Source of the DNA: Selaginella moellendorffii
Lineage: Eukaryota; Plantae; Lycopodiophyta
Length of the DNA stretch: 64,000 bases
NCBI RefSeq assembly: GCF_000143415.4
Contig: NW_003314377.1
Span: 1-64,000, forward strand
Direction of reading: 5' to 3'
This document shows positions 35,201 to 49,500 of the stretch, one piece after another; the stretch's first letter is position 1, and each line of letters starts with the position of its first letter. Under the pieces are notes generated by a model. The model worked only from the letters and a program-made list of their open reading frames with translations. It made no database searches and was not told the origin of the DNA. The translations under genes were made by a program, and so were the position numbers.

Positions 35201-35399
35201 ATGCCTGGGCGGGGCGACGGAATATTCGCGAAATAGTGTGCTGGACACGTGTCAGAGGCCTCCACGTCACGCCGGCCAGTACGGACGTGATCTCGTGGAA
35301 GGCGGGAAATGGACACATGAGACGGGATCGGGGCTAGGGATTTGGGGAAAGAGCTTCTCCGGCAGCGCTCGCGGTCCGGGACACGACGTCGCTCCGGCA

Positions 35400-35760
35400 T
35401 CGATGCGAAGAGCTCCAGTGATGATTCCATGTCGGCGGTGAGCATCAGATTCCAGGAGAGCTGGTTCTTGCGGGGGATCGGCAAACAGCGCCTGGGCTTC
35501 TTCCAGATTCCAGGATAGGGTGTAGGCGGCCGGGATTGTATTCGACGAGGAAGAATTCCCCGAAATCTCTCTCGCCTCGTCCAGATTTCCAAACCCGGTG
35601 CTGCCGGAAAGGATCGCGTTCCAGGAAGCCAGGCTCTGCTCCGGCTCTCTGCGAACGCATCGATCATCGATCAACGCGATCCAAGAAACAAGGTTCGTCT
35701 CACGCATGCGACCAAACAGATAATCTCTTGCGAATTCCAGGTCGCCGCCACAGATTCCAG
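35400..35760 (-). pseudogene. PLS-class PPR fragments, opposite strand
   Basis: GDLEFARDYLFGRMRETNLVSWIALID, SLASWNAILSG...GNLDEAREI, NLEEAQALFA and NQLSWNLML. Confidence 0.7.
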
Positions 35761-35854
35761 GGCTTGCGAGGAACCAAATTTTCTGCCAGACAATCCGACA
35801 GCCAGGTGAAAGAAATGCGTTTTGACGATCATTTATGTTGTCTTCGTTTGTAGG

Positions 35855-37000
35855 AGTCATGTCCGCCGTGACATTCTTCGTGAACACCTCTGATGGCGAA
35901 TGGACGGAGTATTCAGAAACACCCCGAGACACCTCCTGGGCGCTCTTGGGTGTAGTCTTTGTGATGGAAGCCACAAGTGCTGGGTCCGGCCTGCAAATGG
36001 ACAGGCTCGAGATGTTAGCTGGGTGGAAGTGTCAAGTGATGAGATGCTGCATCTGGTTTGTGGGACGTGGGCTCGTGACGCCACAGCGTTTTAACTGGTG
36101 ACCAGACCCAAAGACGACACATCTCCCAATCGAAAACCAGCCTCATGCTCGAGGAGCATTGTCGAGAAAGTTGCGGCACAATCACCAAAAAAGAAAAGGA
36201 CAGTAGCCGATCCCGGACTGGTTCCCAAGAGAGTCAAGAGGCTGGACGATCTTGTGCCAGCAAACAAGACGGACATATTCACACAAATGGAACTTACGCC
36301 AGGAGATCAGGATGTAGTACTAGTGACGGATGCACAAAGGGATCTCACGCTGGGTAGATGGAGAAATGCTACAGGGTTACATCCGATCTCAGCTGGCCAG
36401 CGGCGTAGCATTGGATGAAGTGGAAGTGGACGCAGTGAAGCTGAGCCTTGAAGTCTGGTTCACATGCCTAACGGCGGACAGGTTCTCATCTATTTTACAG
36501 GAGATGGCCGGGAACATGAAGTAGTACGAAGAAACCCTGCAGAAACTCCAGGCGGACGAAGATCTCTACATGAGGATGAAGTTCTTCATTAGAGACTTGT
36601 CAAGCTTCGGAAGTGACGAAGAAGCTCAGGAAAGGCTCGAGCACTCTGGCAAGTCACAGTATTTCTTCACGACGGCATATTTCAGCGAGGAAGAAATCGC
36701 GAGGCTGCTGGAGTTTCGGGTGTCAAGCGGGAAAAGCGTGAATGAGCTGCTTGGGAAGCTTGTCAGCGACAAAGGAGAGCTATGTACATCTCACGACGTG
36801 GCTCCCCTCCTGCAGAAGGTATTTGGAATCAAGAGGGGGTTCCAGGAGGACGCAGGCTTCAAGCACAGATTCAAAGCTTTCAGGAAGCAGTGGGCCAAGA
36901 AGAACAGACGTTTCTCGATTTGTAAGTGATGTTTCTTTTGGAATCACTGCTTCTCTAACACTTGTTCTCCCAGGACCGCGTCGACAGGACGAACTGCACT
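35855..37000 (+). pseudogene. Disrupted gene of unknown family with an N-terminal Cys/His motif; paralogous fragment at 59120-59737 (-)
   Basis: CSLCDGSHKC...WV...HLVCGTW followed by a basic PKKKR region and a helical region, broken by stops and frameshifts. GTAAG...CAG intron-like signals occur near 36922-36973. Confidence 0.55.
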
Positions 37001-37799
37001 AGACTCCAAGTGTAAATAGTTTCCACCACAAGGACGCGGCAAAGATACGTCGATCGTGCATTGTCGAATGGACAAGCTCTCCAAGTTTTTTAGAATCAAC
37101 CAATGTTGCTCAAAATGGTGTCATTGATCTCAATAATCTTGGACACGCCATATATTCGGGAAAGGAAATGCCTTCCTCCCATCGATGTCCAGAGCTTTCG
37201 CGTCGTACTGGAAGATTCTTCGCTTCTTTTGCCGCAGCTCTGGCGCGGAGACTAACAGCGTGGTCACTCACAGCATTGAAGATGGTGGATACGCTCGGTT
37301 TCCCAATCGCGAGCGTCATCATGCTCGGAGATTGGGACGGGTCTGTCTGTGATCCCTTGAAACACGAAAGAAATTAGGGAAAACTTACTCTCTAAGAACC
37401 ATTCCTTCTTGTTCCCTGAGCCGTCCAGCATCAATTCGCTTGAGCTGAGAAGAAGGGTTTCACACCCACCATTAATTTAGGATTTTTACATTAGAAGATT
37501 TTAACTTAATTTAAAATTATTAGTTAAAATAACAGGTGTTTTGTTTGCACCAATTAAATTATACCTAAGAGCATTAGACTTGATTTAGAGGTGGTGATTA
37601 GCACCACAAGAACAAAGATCTCTCAAGAATGTTGAGGATGGGATGGAAGAGAGGATTTCACAAGCAAGGAATCAAAATTTCCTTTTTGTGAGAGGGAGAA
37701 ATAATAAAATGCCATAGATCACAAAACAAGAACTTCCATCACAAAAATTTTCAGGAATCAAGGGGGGAAATTTAGGGTAATAGGCCCATTTCTTGCCAA

Positions 37800-38530
37800 G
37801 GTTAACAGAATAGTATATGTTGCTTAGGTTGCCTTTGATGTTGTAGATGAACCTCAAGCTGCACTAGATCCTCATGTTGCTTGAGTTGCACTAGATCTTG
37901 CTTAAGTTTTAGTTCATGATTAAGGTGCCTGCTAATCTCTTGGTCTCTAACTCTAAAGTGTTTTTTAAGTCTATTTCAAAGTGAACATGGAGTGTACTTG
38001 GACCAAAGTGAGTGTCCATGACATTCTTGTTCAATAGCCATAAACCACTTCCTCTAAATCCGAGTTGGATGTTTGTAGTGTCAAAGCCATAGTCATGTCT
38101 CTATTAGATAATTGTGTGAGATCTCAACAATTGACTTCATGTCCAAAATGTCCAAGAGTGTGTTCATCCACACACCACCTAAAGTAACATTTGTATGGGC
38201 CAAAACAAGCAATATCTAATGATTGCATATGGTGAGAAGTATGCTGAAAGAAGAATCACATCCACATATAACATTCTTGTTGTGTCAAGTGCAACCTTTG
38301 TGATATGGGATCTATGGCCATCAACAATGAGAGCATGGTGGTTTGTAGGCAAGTATCCACCAGATACTAATTTCACAAAGTGTTCAAGTTATTATGGCTA
38401 TCATCTAGGCTTTCTTGCTGATGGTGAATACAGCTTCAACTTCATACTTTATAATCCAATTTCACATCCTCTGCTCACCTTTGAAGATATAAAAGCTAGG
38501 TATTCATCCACCTACTGCATTTATGGCCAC
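37800..38530 (-). mobile_element. Degenerate pogo/Fot1-type (DDE_1) transposase fragment
   Basis: HHALIVDGHRSHIT...VDVILL; a duplicate of 41460-42210. Confidence 0.75.
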
Positions 38531-38907
38531 TAGAAATAACAAATGCCATGGATCACAAAACAAGAACTTCTATAAGCAAGAGATCATGAAAAATTCTTAG
38601 AATTGAGTTGTGTGGAAATTCAAGGTAATAGGCCCATTTCTTGCTAGGGTTAATAAAACAGTGTATGAATTCATTTATTTAAATATAAGTTTTTTACATA
38701 AAGGTATAATATAAAATTTTATATGATTTATTGCTTATAAACTAGCTTTCAGAAAAGAAAAACTCACAAAAACTTAAAAACCACTAATTACTAACAAGTT
38801 TACTAAGTCCATCTGATTATGGCCCAATGTTTGTCTATTTATGGCCAAATTTTTCATCTATCAATGGCCCTAACATTGTCCATTTGTTGCCGTAAGGAGG
38901 AGTAAGA

Positions 38908-40808
38908 TGTAAATAACTAACTTTTCCATTCTACTTTAGTCACCTAATTATATGGAGGAATCTCACTTGTGACCTCCATAAATCTTATTCCTAACTTGGG
39001 GAGATACTAGCCCCAGGAATGGCATCACTTGGTCCAAATGTGCTGATTTCATGACTGACACCCAAAGGTAACATTGACATATCAACTCATTATGTTAAAG
39101 CCATGCCCATTCATCTTTGTCACACCGGTGGTTCAAGACCACTTACATCACAATCCCGTCTCTCAAAAATTGTGCCATCTATCCATGAGTGGTCATCTCA
39201 TGACCACACCTTAACATCCTTAGAATGCTAGAAAACATGGGGAACACCCTTCCCCAATATCCATTCTTCAGTTCTTACCAAGTCCCTCTTCATCTACGGC
39301 TATGCTTACAAATATTGCCATTGGGTCAAGGCTCAAATGCTCAACCACTAAGTCCCATTGTATTTTGGAACTCCCTCACCATATGATTGTATTCTTGATC
39401 ACTACACTAAAGGATTGCTTTTCTTCCATTCCATAGTTTAAGACTTTAGGATGACATTTTGAAACACCATAGCTTTAAGCAAGCCTCATGAGTACTCTCC
39501 CCAACTTTTGCCCTTACATGCCCTAGCCATGTGGGTAGAACAAGGTTTCGATAAGCCATACCAGGTATCCAAGTAGGTAGTGCTACCCATATTTGGATTG
39601 GAAGCATTGACCATTCGATCTCTTGAGGGAGCTAGAGTTGACTCTCGAATACTTCACTAAATTACCTTATTTATCCGTCTATATTCACTTTAACCTTGGA
39701 CTTCTTAGTGATTATAACATCACAATAGCACATCCTATCTCTTTCCCCTTAAGCCAACTAAAAAAGGGGCAATTGCTTAATAAGAAAGCCTTTAGTGGCT
39801 ATTTTATCCCTATTTATTCCCCAAGATTCTAAGGATCTATGGTGACAATATATTCAAATTTCATCCCATGATTATATGTGCTATAATCACCCACCACATA
39901 GATATAACCTTCCTTGGTGTTACTAGCCTTTTTTGGCCAAACTGGCTCCAATTGGAATCCTCCTCTTACTATACTTTTGGAGCTTACCAAGCCCCCTAGG
40001 GTTTGGGAGACGATCGCTTTGGGCTTTCACCCTCGGACTTGGATTTGGACTTTTGGACTTAGACTCAGACTTGGACTCGGACTTGGACTTGGTCTTGGAC
40101 TTGGACTTAGTCTCGGACTTGGACTTGGTCTTGGACTTGGACTTAGTCTCGGACTCAGTCTCTAAGTCGATCTCGGAGTCGGTCTCTATCTCGGTCTCGG
40201 TCTCTATCTTGGTCTCGATCTCGGTCTCTATCTCGGTCTCGATCTCGGTCTCTATCTCGGTCTCGATCTCGGTCTTTTTCTCAGCTTTGACCTCAAACTC
40301 CATCTCAGGTCCATCTCAGACTACATCTCAGGTCCATCTCAAACTCCATCTTGGATTGCATCTTAGGTCCATCTCAAACTCTATCTCGGATTACATCTCG
40401 GGTCCATCTCGAACTCTATCTCAGACTGCATCTCAGGTCCATCTCGGACTCCATCTTGGATCCATCTTAGACTCCATCTCGGACTCCATCTTAGGTCCAT
40501 ATCAGATCATTCTCGAGTTCATATTGGATTCCATCTCGGACTCCTTCTCGGACTCGTTCCTAATACTTCCATGTTTCACAACACTTGGCATGTGTTAGTC
40601 TTTCTTGTGTCCATTTTCTAGAGACTCATTCACCAATTGCTTCATGCTCATCTCTTGAGCACTTCATTCAGAATTCCTCTCCTACTCTCAACTTTCCAAG
40701 TTAAAGCCTTTGGTTTAAACATGTTATATTTGTTAGACTTCTACTTCAACCACTACCATATGGCACCCTTTCTACTTCACTTTGGGGCTCAGAGATTTAC
40801 ATCTCACA
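38908..40808 (-). mobile_element. Older family A solo LTR with a ~200-bp insertion (~39730-39925)
   Basis: Termini TGTAAATAAC...ATCTCACA, with flanks TAAGA and TAAGG (4/5 TSD match). Confidence 0.8.
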
Positions 40809-40899
40809 TAAGGGTAGTGTGAGGCAATAACATTCTCTAAGTAACTACAAGCAAGCCCAAAGACATTAGAGTAGAAGCAACCAAATTTATTACCTTTGT

Positions 40900-42420
40900 T
40901 TTTAGTGTTTTCTTGGCATTAGAGATTCCAAAACCTCATTCTTTCTCCTTTTTTTTTTTCATTACTTCCTTTTCTTTCTCCCTTGTTTTTTTCAAGGCTT
41001 TCAATTTTTTCTTATTTACTACTTTAGGTTTTTTGGCTGCTACTTCTTCCCTCTCCCTTTTCTTGATAGTTGCTACTTTTTTCTTTCTTATTGCTACTTC
41101 TTTTCTTTCCTTTTTCCTTGCAGCCCTTTTTATTGCTTCTAGTTTTTTTTTCTTCTCATGTGCTTCTTTTGTAATAGCAATTGCTTCAACAACACTTATG
41201 AATTCTAGACTTGTTAAAATAGTAGCACTAGCTTTCAACACTAGTCTAAGTCAAAGATGACTTTGTGCCCTTGAAAATAATTTTACATGCAAGTATGCCA
41301 TCTTGTTGTTTTCTGATTGCCATTTAGGCACATGCACGTGTTGTTCGCGTTGTTCGACTTGATGCTTTGGCAAAGCTTCTATGAAATAAAGCTATAATTG
41401 AATGAGAATTGAGAAGTGTTTTTTACCTAGCTACCCAAGCTATCTAGGAAGTTTAGGATGCTTGAGCTGGTCAGAATGTTGCTTAGGCTACCCTCAATGC
41501 TATATATGAACCTCAGGCTGCACTAGACCCTTATGCTGCTCAGGCTGCAGTAGATCTTGCTCAAGTTTTAGTTCGTGATTGAGGTGGCTACTAATCTCTT
41601 GGTCTCCAACTCCAAAGTGTTTTCTAAGTCTACTTCAAAGTCGTCAAGAGATGCTACATGGAGTTTATTTGGGCCAAAGTGAGTGTCTATAGCATTGGCC
41701 ATAAACCACTTGCTCTAAATCCAAGCTGGATATTTGCAGGTGTTAAAGCCATAGCTATGGCTCTATTGGATAATTATACAAGATCTCAACAATTGACTTA
41801 ATTTCCAAGATATCCAAGAGTGTGTTCATCCATACACCCCATAAAGTAACATTTGTATAGCCCAAAACATGCAATATCTAACGGCTGCATGTGGTGAGAA
41901 GTGTGTGCTGGAAGAAGAACCATATCTACACCTAACATTCTCACTATGTTAAGTGCAACCCTTGTGATATGGGATCCATGGCCATCAATAATGAGAGTAT
42001 GGTGGTTTGTAGGTGAGTATCCACAAGGTACTAATTTCACAAAGTTTTCAAGCCATTGTGGCCATAAGTTGTTTGTCATTTAGGCTTTTTTGCTGATGGC
42101 AAATGCAATTCCAACTTCACACTTTACGATTTAATTTTGCATCCTATGCTCACCTTTGAAGATACAAAAGCTAGGTATTCATCCATCTACTACATTTATG
42201 GCCACTAGAATAGTCATGTGCTATGTGTTGTTTGGAATGATTTGGTAATAGGATCTTATGCATCGGGCAGCCAACACTTTGACGCCTGTAGAAAAATTAG
42301 CCTGGATGCTGGTTTCATTAGCATTCTAGATGCAATCTGCCTCATAGTTGTTTCTAATGTAGGTTTCTTTCAAGTTTTCATAGAATTATGCCACAATTAC
42401 TCAATTCAAGGACTTTGCTC
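40900..42420 (-). mobile_element. Degenerate pogo/Fot1-type (DDE_1) transposase
   Basis: TLIIDGHGSHIT...MVLLPAHTSHHMQPLDIACFGLYK and a C-terminal LTSLEFI...KE-rich coiled coil (40936-41241). Confidence 0.85.
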
Positions 42421-44037
42421 ATTCCAACTTCAAGGCTTTACTACTAATCTCTAGGTGTCTTTTTGTAAAGCCTCTATACCACTTTTGACTGATAAAAGTG
42501 ATGGAAGCAAAGGTAAAAATAGAAGGATAAGAAAGAACAATAGTGGAATAAATATGAGGAAATATAAGACAAAGGGGGAGAAGTCTTAAAGTCATAGTTT
42601 GGTATGATTGTGCTATAACCAATCCATACCAAGAATGAGGTTAAAAGTTTAACTTGACACCACTCGCAATGTTTAAAATTCAAGCTTAAGATCTCCCACA
42701 TACACAATTAAGTTCACTTCATCCCCCACACATGAAAGAATGAAGACTAGCTTTATCATATGACACAACTATAAATGGCAACATGTGCCAACAAGTTGAG
42801 CAATAGAAAATAAATTTAAATTTATATCAACTAACATGGAGAGAATAATAAGAAAACCTCTTGTTATAAAAATGAACTTGGAAAGCAAACACTCCTATTT
42901 ATTAGGGCCTTGCAACCACCGTGATAGCCAGACATAGGTTGCATGTTTAAGCACCATCCATTTTCGGAGATGAACTAGTGCCAAGTGAACCCTTTAATAG
43001 CATTTTTGAAAGAAGGATAGAGAGGTCATTGACTTATTTATATAAAGACTTCCACTACTTACGTGACTCTTAATTTTTTAGAAGAATCTCTTTGTCAAAA
43101 CCTTCCATTGCAATATCACTAATAGAATATTATTAACACTAAGGCCTCCACTTAAAAAATGGAGGACACCAATTTAGAAAATGCCAACAACATTGATATA
43201 TGGCCAACTTCATCATATGCACAACAATGGATATCATGGTGTAAGTAACCAAAAAGAATGACTTGAAAGATAGTCCATGGGGTTCAAATATAAAGGAAAA
43301 GGGCTCATGAACAAAAGTGCACCCTTTTTTCCAATTGGTTAAGGGTCTTGGGATAGTTGGGGTAAAGTGTATTTGGGTTTGAATAGTACTAGGTTGGGTG
43401 ACTTCCCAGGAAGTCTAAATTCAAGAGCTTACAATTTGGTATTGTAGTTGTTCCTTCAACAATTGTTCCTTGAGCCCCTTCATAAGGGGCAAAGGCAACC
43501 CATAAGAAACAAAAAATAATCAAGTGTCGGAGTAACACTTGCATAAATGGTCCTTATAGGTAGGACATGAATACAAGTAGTTGTATTCTAACGAACTAGC
43601 ACCTCGAAAGTAAGACCTTATGAGTTGTGAGATTAGCAAAGTCCAAAGAGTTAGATGACTCGAGGGGAGTCAAGGAATGGTTTTAAAGGATTAGTGAAAA
43701 GATTTAGACTGAGGTATGTTGTGCCCCACGAAGATGGGGAGGATCATAAAATCTAAGTATGGGAATAGTGGGTATTTCATTGATGACAGAAAGTGCCATA
43801 CTAAAGTAGTGGGAAAGGTGTTCCTAGAAGAAAACAATTTTGGTTCAGAGTTGTGTGCGAACACTATAGTGTAGTGCTAACGGATAGTTGGCATAAGAAA
43901 CACTATATTAGTCTTGGCAAAGACCTAGACACTGATAAGTAGTGTCATAAAGGTAGGCTCGTGGAACTGATGGCGTGGAGACACCAACTATGCCAAGGTG
44001 TAATACCTTAAGGTTATGTTAGTGGATTCATGAGAAC

Positions 44038-45200
44038 TGTAAGAGACTAAATTTTCCATTCTACTTTAGTCACTTAACCACACCTCCGACCATTTGGAGG
44101 AGTCTTATTCACAACCTCCATTAGTCTAATTCAGGACTTGGGACTTGCTAGCCCCAAGAATGGCATCCATGCCACTCAACACTTGCACCTGGTCCAAGTG
44201 CTCCACGTGTCCGGTCCGAAGATTGACACCCAAAGGTACCACTGACATCTCGGCCTGTTACGCTAAGGCCATGCCCATTCACCTTTGCCGCACTAGTGGT
44301 CCAATATCACTTGCATCACCATCCCGTCTCTCCAAGACTGGGCCATCTGTTCACGAGTGGTCATCCTAGATCCACTCCTTAGCATCCTTAGGATGCCCAC
44401 AGACCTGGGGAATCGCCTTCCCCAAAGTCCCTTTGTCAGTTCCTACCAAGTCCCTTTCTGCCCCTGGCCGTGTTTACCAACACTGCCACTGGATCGAGGC
44501 CCCCAGGCCCGACCACTAAGTCCCATGGTCCTCTAGGACTTCCTCACCACACGACTGTGTCCTTGGTCACTACCCCAGAGGACTGGTCCTCTTCCTTTCC
44601 ACAGTCTAGGCCTTTGGGACAACATTTCAGAACACCGTGGCCTTACGCGAGCCACCTGGGTACTCTCCCCGCCTTTCGCCTTTAGGTGCTCTAGCCATGG
44701 GCTTAGAGCGAGGTTCCGTTGAGCCACGCCTGGTATCCAAGTAGGTAGTGCCACCCACACTTGGACTGGGAGCATCGGCCAGTCGATCTCCCGGGGGAAC
44801 TAGAGCCGGCTCTTGAACACTTCACCAAGCTACCCTGCTTGTCGGTCCGTATTCACTCTAGTCTTGGACTTCCCAGTGGTCAGTTCATCACCCAACACTG
44901 GGTCTGGCCTTCCTGAGCCAAACTGGCCTTTCTTGGCCAAACTGGCTCCACTGCAGTCCTCCCCCTACTATACTTTTGGAGCTCACCAAACCCCCCAGGG
45001 TCTGGGAGACGAACGCTTTGGGCTTTCACCCTCTCAGGCTCCGGACTCGGACTCGGACTCGGACTCGGACTCGGACTCGGACTCGGACTCGGATTCGGAT
45101 TCGGACTCGGACTCGGCCTCGGCCTCAGCCTCGGCCTCGGCCTCAGCCTCGGCCTCGGCCTCGGTCTCGGTCTCGGTCCCGATCTCGGTCTCGGTCCCAA

Positions 45201-45232
<32 letters not shown>

Positions 45233-45894
45233 CCGGTCTCGGTCTCGACTTCGGACTCCATCTCGGACTCCATCTCGGACTCCATTTCGGGTCCATCTCG
45301 GGTCCACCTCGGACTCCATCTCGGACTCCATTTCGGGTCCATCTCGGGTCCACCTCGGACTCCATCTCGGACTCCATCTCGGACTCCATCTCGGGTCCAT
45401 CTCGGACTCCATTTCGGACTCCAACTCGGGTCCATCTCGGGTCCACCTCGGACTCCTCTTCGGACTCCATCTTGGGTCCATCTCGGGTCCAGCTCGGACT
45501 CCACTTCGGACTCCATCTCGGACTCCATCTCGGGTCCATCTCGGACTCCACTTTGGACTTCAACTCGGGTCCATCTTGGGTCCACCTCGGACTCCATCTC
45601 GGACTTCAACTCGGGTCCATCTCGGACTCCACTTCGGACTCCAACTCGAGTCCATCTCGAACACTCCCACGTGTCATGTGTTGGTCCTTTTGGGTCCCTT
45701 TTTGGAGCCTCGCTTTTTGCTCACTTCGTGCTCGTTCCTCGAGCACTTCTTTGGGAGTTCCACTCCCGCTCTTGACTTTTCAAGTCGGAGCTTTTGGTCC
45801 AAACGTGTTACGCTCGTTTGGCTCTCGCTTCAGCCACTACCACGTGGCACCCTTTTCGGCTCCACTTTGGGGCCTAGGGATTTTGTGTCTCACA
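44038..45894 (-). mobile_element. Young family A solo LTR
   Basis: Termini TGTAAGAGAC...GTGTCTCACA and a perfect TSD, AGAAC, at 44033-44037 and 45895-45899. Tandem arrays lie at ~45040-45660. Confidence 0.95.
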
Positions 45895-46597
45895 AGAACC
45901 CTTTACCAAAGAAATCCCAATGGAAATGGGAATGGCATAGCTTAAGTTGGAAGGCATGTGGTAGAGTGTGGGGACCCAAATAATGATGGAGGTGTGGAAG
46001 CACTAGCAATGAGTTGTAAAACTTGACAACTATGAAGCAACTAAACAAAAGGTGCAAAATGATTAGTTAAACTGGTAGAAGGTGACTACCCAAGACTTCT
46101 TTTGGGATAAAGAAGTTAATTATACTCATAGGAGGAGGACTCTAGTGGAGCTAGTTTGGCCAGGAAAGGCCAGTTTGGCCCAAGAAGGCCATACCCAGGT
46201 GTTGGGTGATGGGATAATCATTGGGAAGTCCAAGACTAGAGTGAATATGGACTGACAAGCAGAGTAACTTAGTGAAGTGTTCAAGAACTAGCTTTAATTC
46301 CCCCAGGAGATTGAATGGTCGATGCTCCCAGTCCAAGTGTGGGTGGCACTACCTCCTTGGATACCTGGCGTGGCTCAATAGAACCTCGCTCTAAGCCCAT
46401 GGCTAGAGCACCCAAAGGCAGAAGGTGGGGAGAGTACCCATGAGGCTCGTATAGGGCCACGGTGTTCCAAAATGTTGTCCCAGAGTCCCAGATGGTGAAA
46501 AGGAAGAGGAGCAGTCCTCTAGTGTAGTGACCAAGGATGCAGTCACATGACAAGGAGGTCCTAGAGAATAAGAGGACTTAGTGGTCGGGCCTGTGGG

Positions 46598-49500
46598 TGT
46601 AGTGCACCTGAATTTGGAGCCGAACTCCAAGCCCGTTGCGCTACGAAACGAGGGTCCGGTACAATCCCACGAGCACCAGCTCCCCGTATCCAGCACCTGC
46701 ACGCAAAATGGTGTCAGACGGAGTCTGGCACAATTTTGGCATACTCGGTGGCCTAACGCGAGGAGGAGGGTACTCCACCAACTAGAGCAGCGGGGAGCTT
46801 GGGCTTAGACCCAAGCCGAACGCAGAACAAGGAGCGACACAGCCCAGCGGGAGCCAAACTAATGTCTCAGGTGGTCAGACATGCATTCCAACCACTATCC
46901 CTACTATACATTTGGAACCCCCCACAGCCCCCCCCCCCCCTTGAGGGACACACGCTTTGGGCTTTCACCCCAAGCCACCCTTAGTACCAAGAGTTAGTCT
47001 CTGGGACAAGCTCGAAACTTACTAAATATGGAATGGCCTTAGATTGCGAATTTGGACACGGGACGAACACCATTGTGTTCAGGCCGACCTCAACATTCCG
47101 TAGATATGCCAAATGAGCGAATCTAGACACTTTCCATAAATAGCATTTGGGACCGAAACGAGACTAACACAAAGGGCGTGATAGCGAGGGTGTTTGGCAA
47201 ACATGGTAAGCTATCATCTAGCGAATATTGAGGGACTAGTCTCAATATCGCGGGGGTTCCCAACACTAGCAAGTGCAAGTCAACATCATGAGTTTCTCAT
47301 CACCGTGTCAAGTATGCTTGACTTAATGACAACTTAGGATTTCCTTCCTTAGTGCCCTTCCGGTCTAAGTGCACATGTGCTGACCAGTTTCTCAACTAGC
47401 TTGGGCAGAGACCATAAAGGGAACCAGCAGTACCGACCTCCTGCCGTCGTGGCAGTAAGGAGAGAGAGTCCGTAAGTACTAGCCGACAAGTATCTTTCGA
47501 TACCCGAAGTCACATGCGCGACACTCTCCCCCCCTTGGGGAAGATCGACGTCCTCGTCGATGCATACCCGAGTCTAGCAAACCGTCAAGGAAACAACCCC
47601 GAAAGTTAATGGAAAGCACACTATGTGGGAAATGCACCGACTTAAATGAGTTATGGAACGACCTCTCCTCTACGTCAAAAGACGCTAAGACTCAAACACC
47701 CTCCGGCCGTCACCGACAAGGAAATGACCAACGGAGTTAGCCACCCTTGCTGCTCCGAGTACCACTCGGCTTACAAAGGAATGATACATCCCTGCCCGCA
47801 GGGATATAGGGAGAAGGCCAGAGGCCCGACTGCCCCTGAGCAAGAAATCAACCCCGTCGGGAAGATTTAGACAACTATTATAAACTGGCAAATGAAGTTG
47901 TTTACATGACCACGCCCCTTTTTTTTTTTTTTGAAAACGAGCATCGAGAGAGAGGCGGGGACTTGTGATCAGTCTATAATAGTTATCCCCATGGTTATGG
48001 ATTGGACCCATGCACCGAAGTGCCAAAGTCAGCCTGCCAAAACTGACCCAAGTACAAATGATCGAGAGAAACGACACTTTGAGTGATAGAAATATTTTAC
48101 TTTATTAATTTGCAAGATTTATTACAAGATTTACAAAAGCTATTTTTTATTACTATGCTCATACTCCGTGACAAGCTCACGGGCATGTACAAGATTACTA
48201 AGAGGTTCCCAAGTTGATTCACAAGTCGGGTAACCTTTCCACTTAACTAGATATTCCTTCGCACGACCACCACGTGCCTTACGAGACAAAAGGATGGCCT
48301 CAACCTCATACTCCGGTTCACCATCAATAACATCCGGAGCTGGACGAACATTCCTAGAGCGGCTAGGATCCTCATGATATGGGGCCAGTAAACTGACATG
48401 AAACACATCATGAAGGCTGGACATCTCTTCTGGAATATCCAACTGATAGGATACATCACCAAGTCTTTTCAACACCCGATAGGGTCCAACATATCTCGGC
48501 AAGAGCTTCCGAGACAAAGAGCCCTTAATGTTCAAGTTCCGGGAAGATAGCCACACCTGATCTCCCACTAGATAGGATACATCCCGACGATGCTGATCTT
48601 TATCACGTCGATACTTATCCTGAGCTTTGCCCATCGCCTCAGTAGCTCTAGACCAACCGTGGCGTAGCTGCTCTGCATAAGTTTCAACGGCTGGGACCAA
48701 CACTTCGGTCATTGGTTTCGGGACAACAATCTGTTGAGGAACCCCACGAGCATTTCCTTGCAGCATCTCCCATGGAGAACAGCCTATAGCACTGTGAAAT
48801 GTGTTGTTATAACAGATTTCTGCTGTATCCAAATGCTCAATCCAATCGCTTTGGTCCACTGTGACATAGTACCGCAGATAATCCTCAACTTGAGCATTCA
48901 CGCATTCGGTCTGCCCATCGGTTTGAGGATGATAAGCTGTACTAAACTTCAACTTGGTACCAAACAACTGGAATAGGGTCCCCCAAAACTTCCCCATAAA
49001 CCTCGAATCTCTATCTGAGATCATTTCTTCAGGGAGACCACGAACTCGCACTACTTCATGGAAAAAGAGCTTTGCTGCTTGTTTCACATTTAATGTTCCC
49101 ACAGTGGAATGAAGTGTGCAATCTTTGACAACCGATCCACNNNNNNNNNNNNNNNNNNNNNNNNNNNNNNNNNNNNNNNNNNNNNNNNNNNNNNNNNNNN
49201 NNNNNNNNNNNNNNNNNNNNNNNNNNNNNNNNNNNNNNNNGTGTCACACTTTGAAATGGCCATGCCGGTGCTGGAATGCACTACAACTTTCTAGCCTGCT
49301 TCTCAGTTCTGCGCTTACATTGCTGGCATACAGGACAGGAACGGACATAGTCCGCTACATCATCTTCCATACCAGACCAGAAAAATCCCTTTTTCAATGA
49401 AGCTAGAGTCTTTCGCTGTCCACCATGTCCCGCTACTGGAACATCGTGATGTTCCCGCAGAAATAACTGCTGAAGATCCTTAGAGGGAAGATACAATCTT

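Noticed and set aside
44813-45983. Long RS/DS/EMES-repeat ORFs (also at 10030-10872, 22445-23031, 39923-40598 and 63383-63619)
   Set aside because: They are by-products of stop-free 6/12-bp tandem arrays in LTRs, open in several frames and not conserved in frame between copies.
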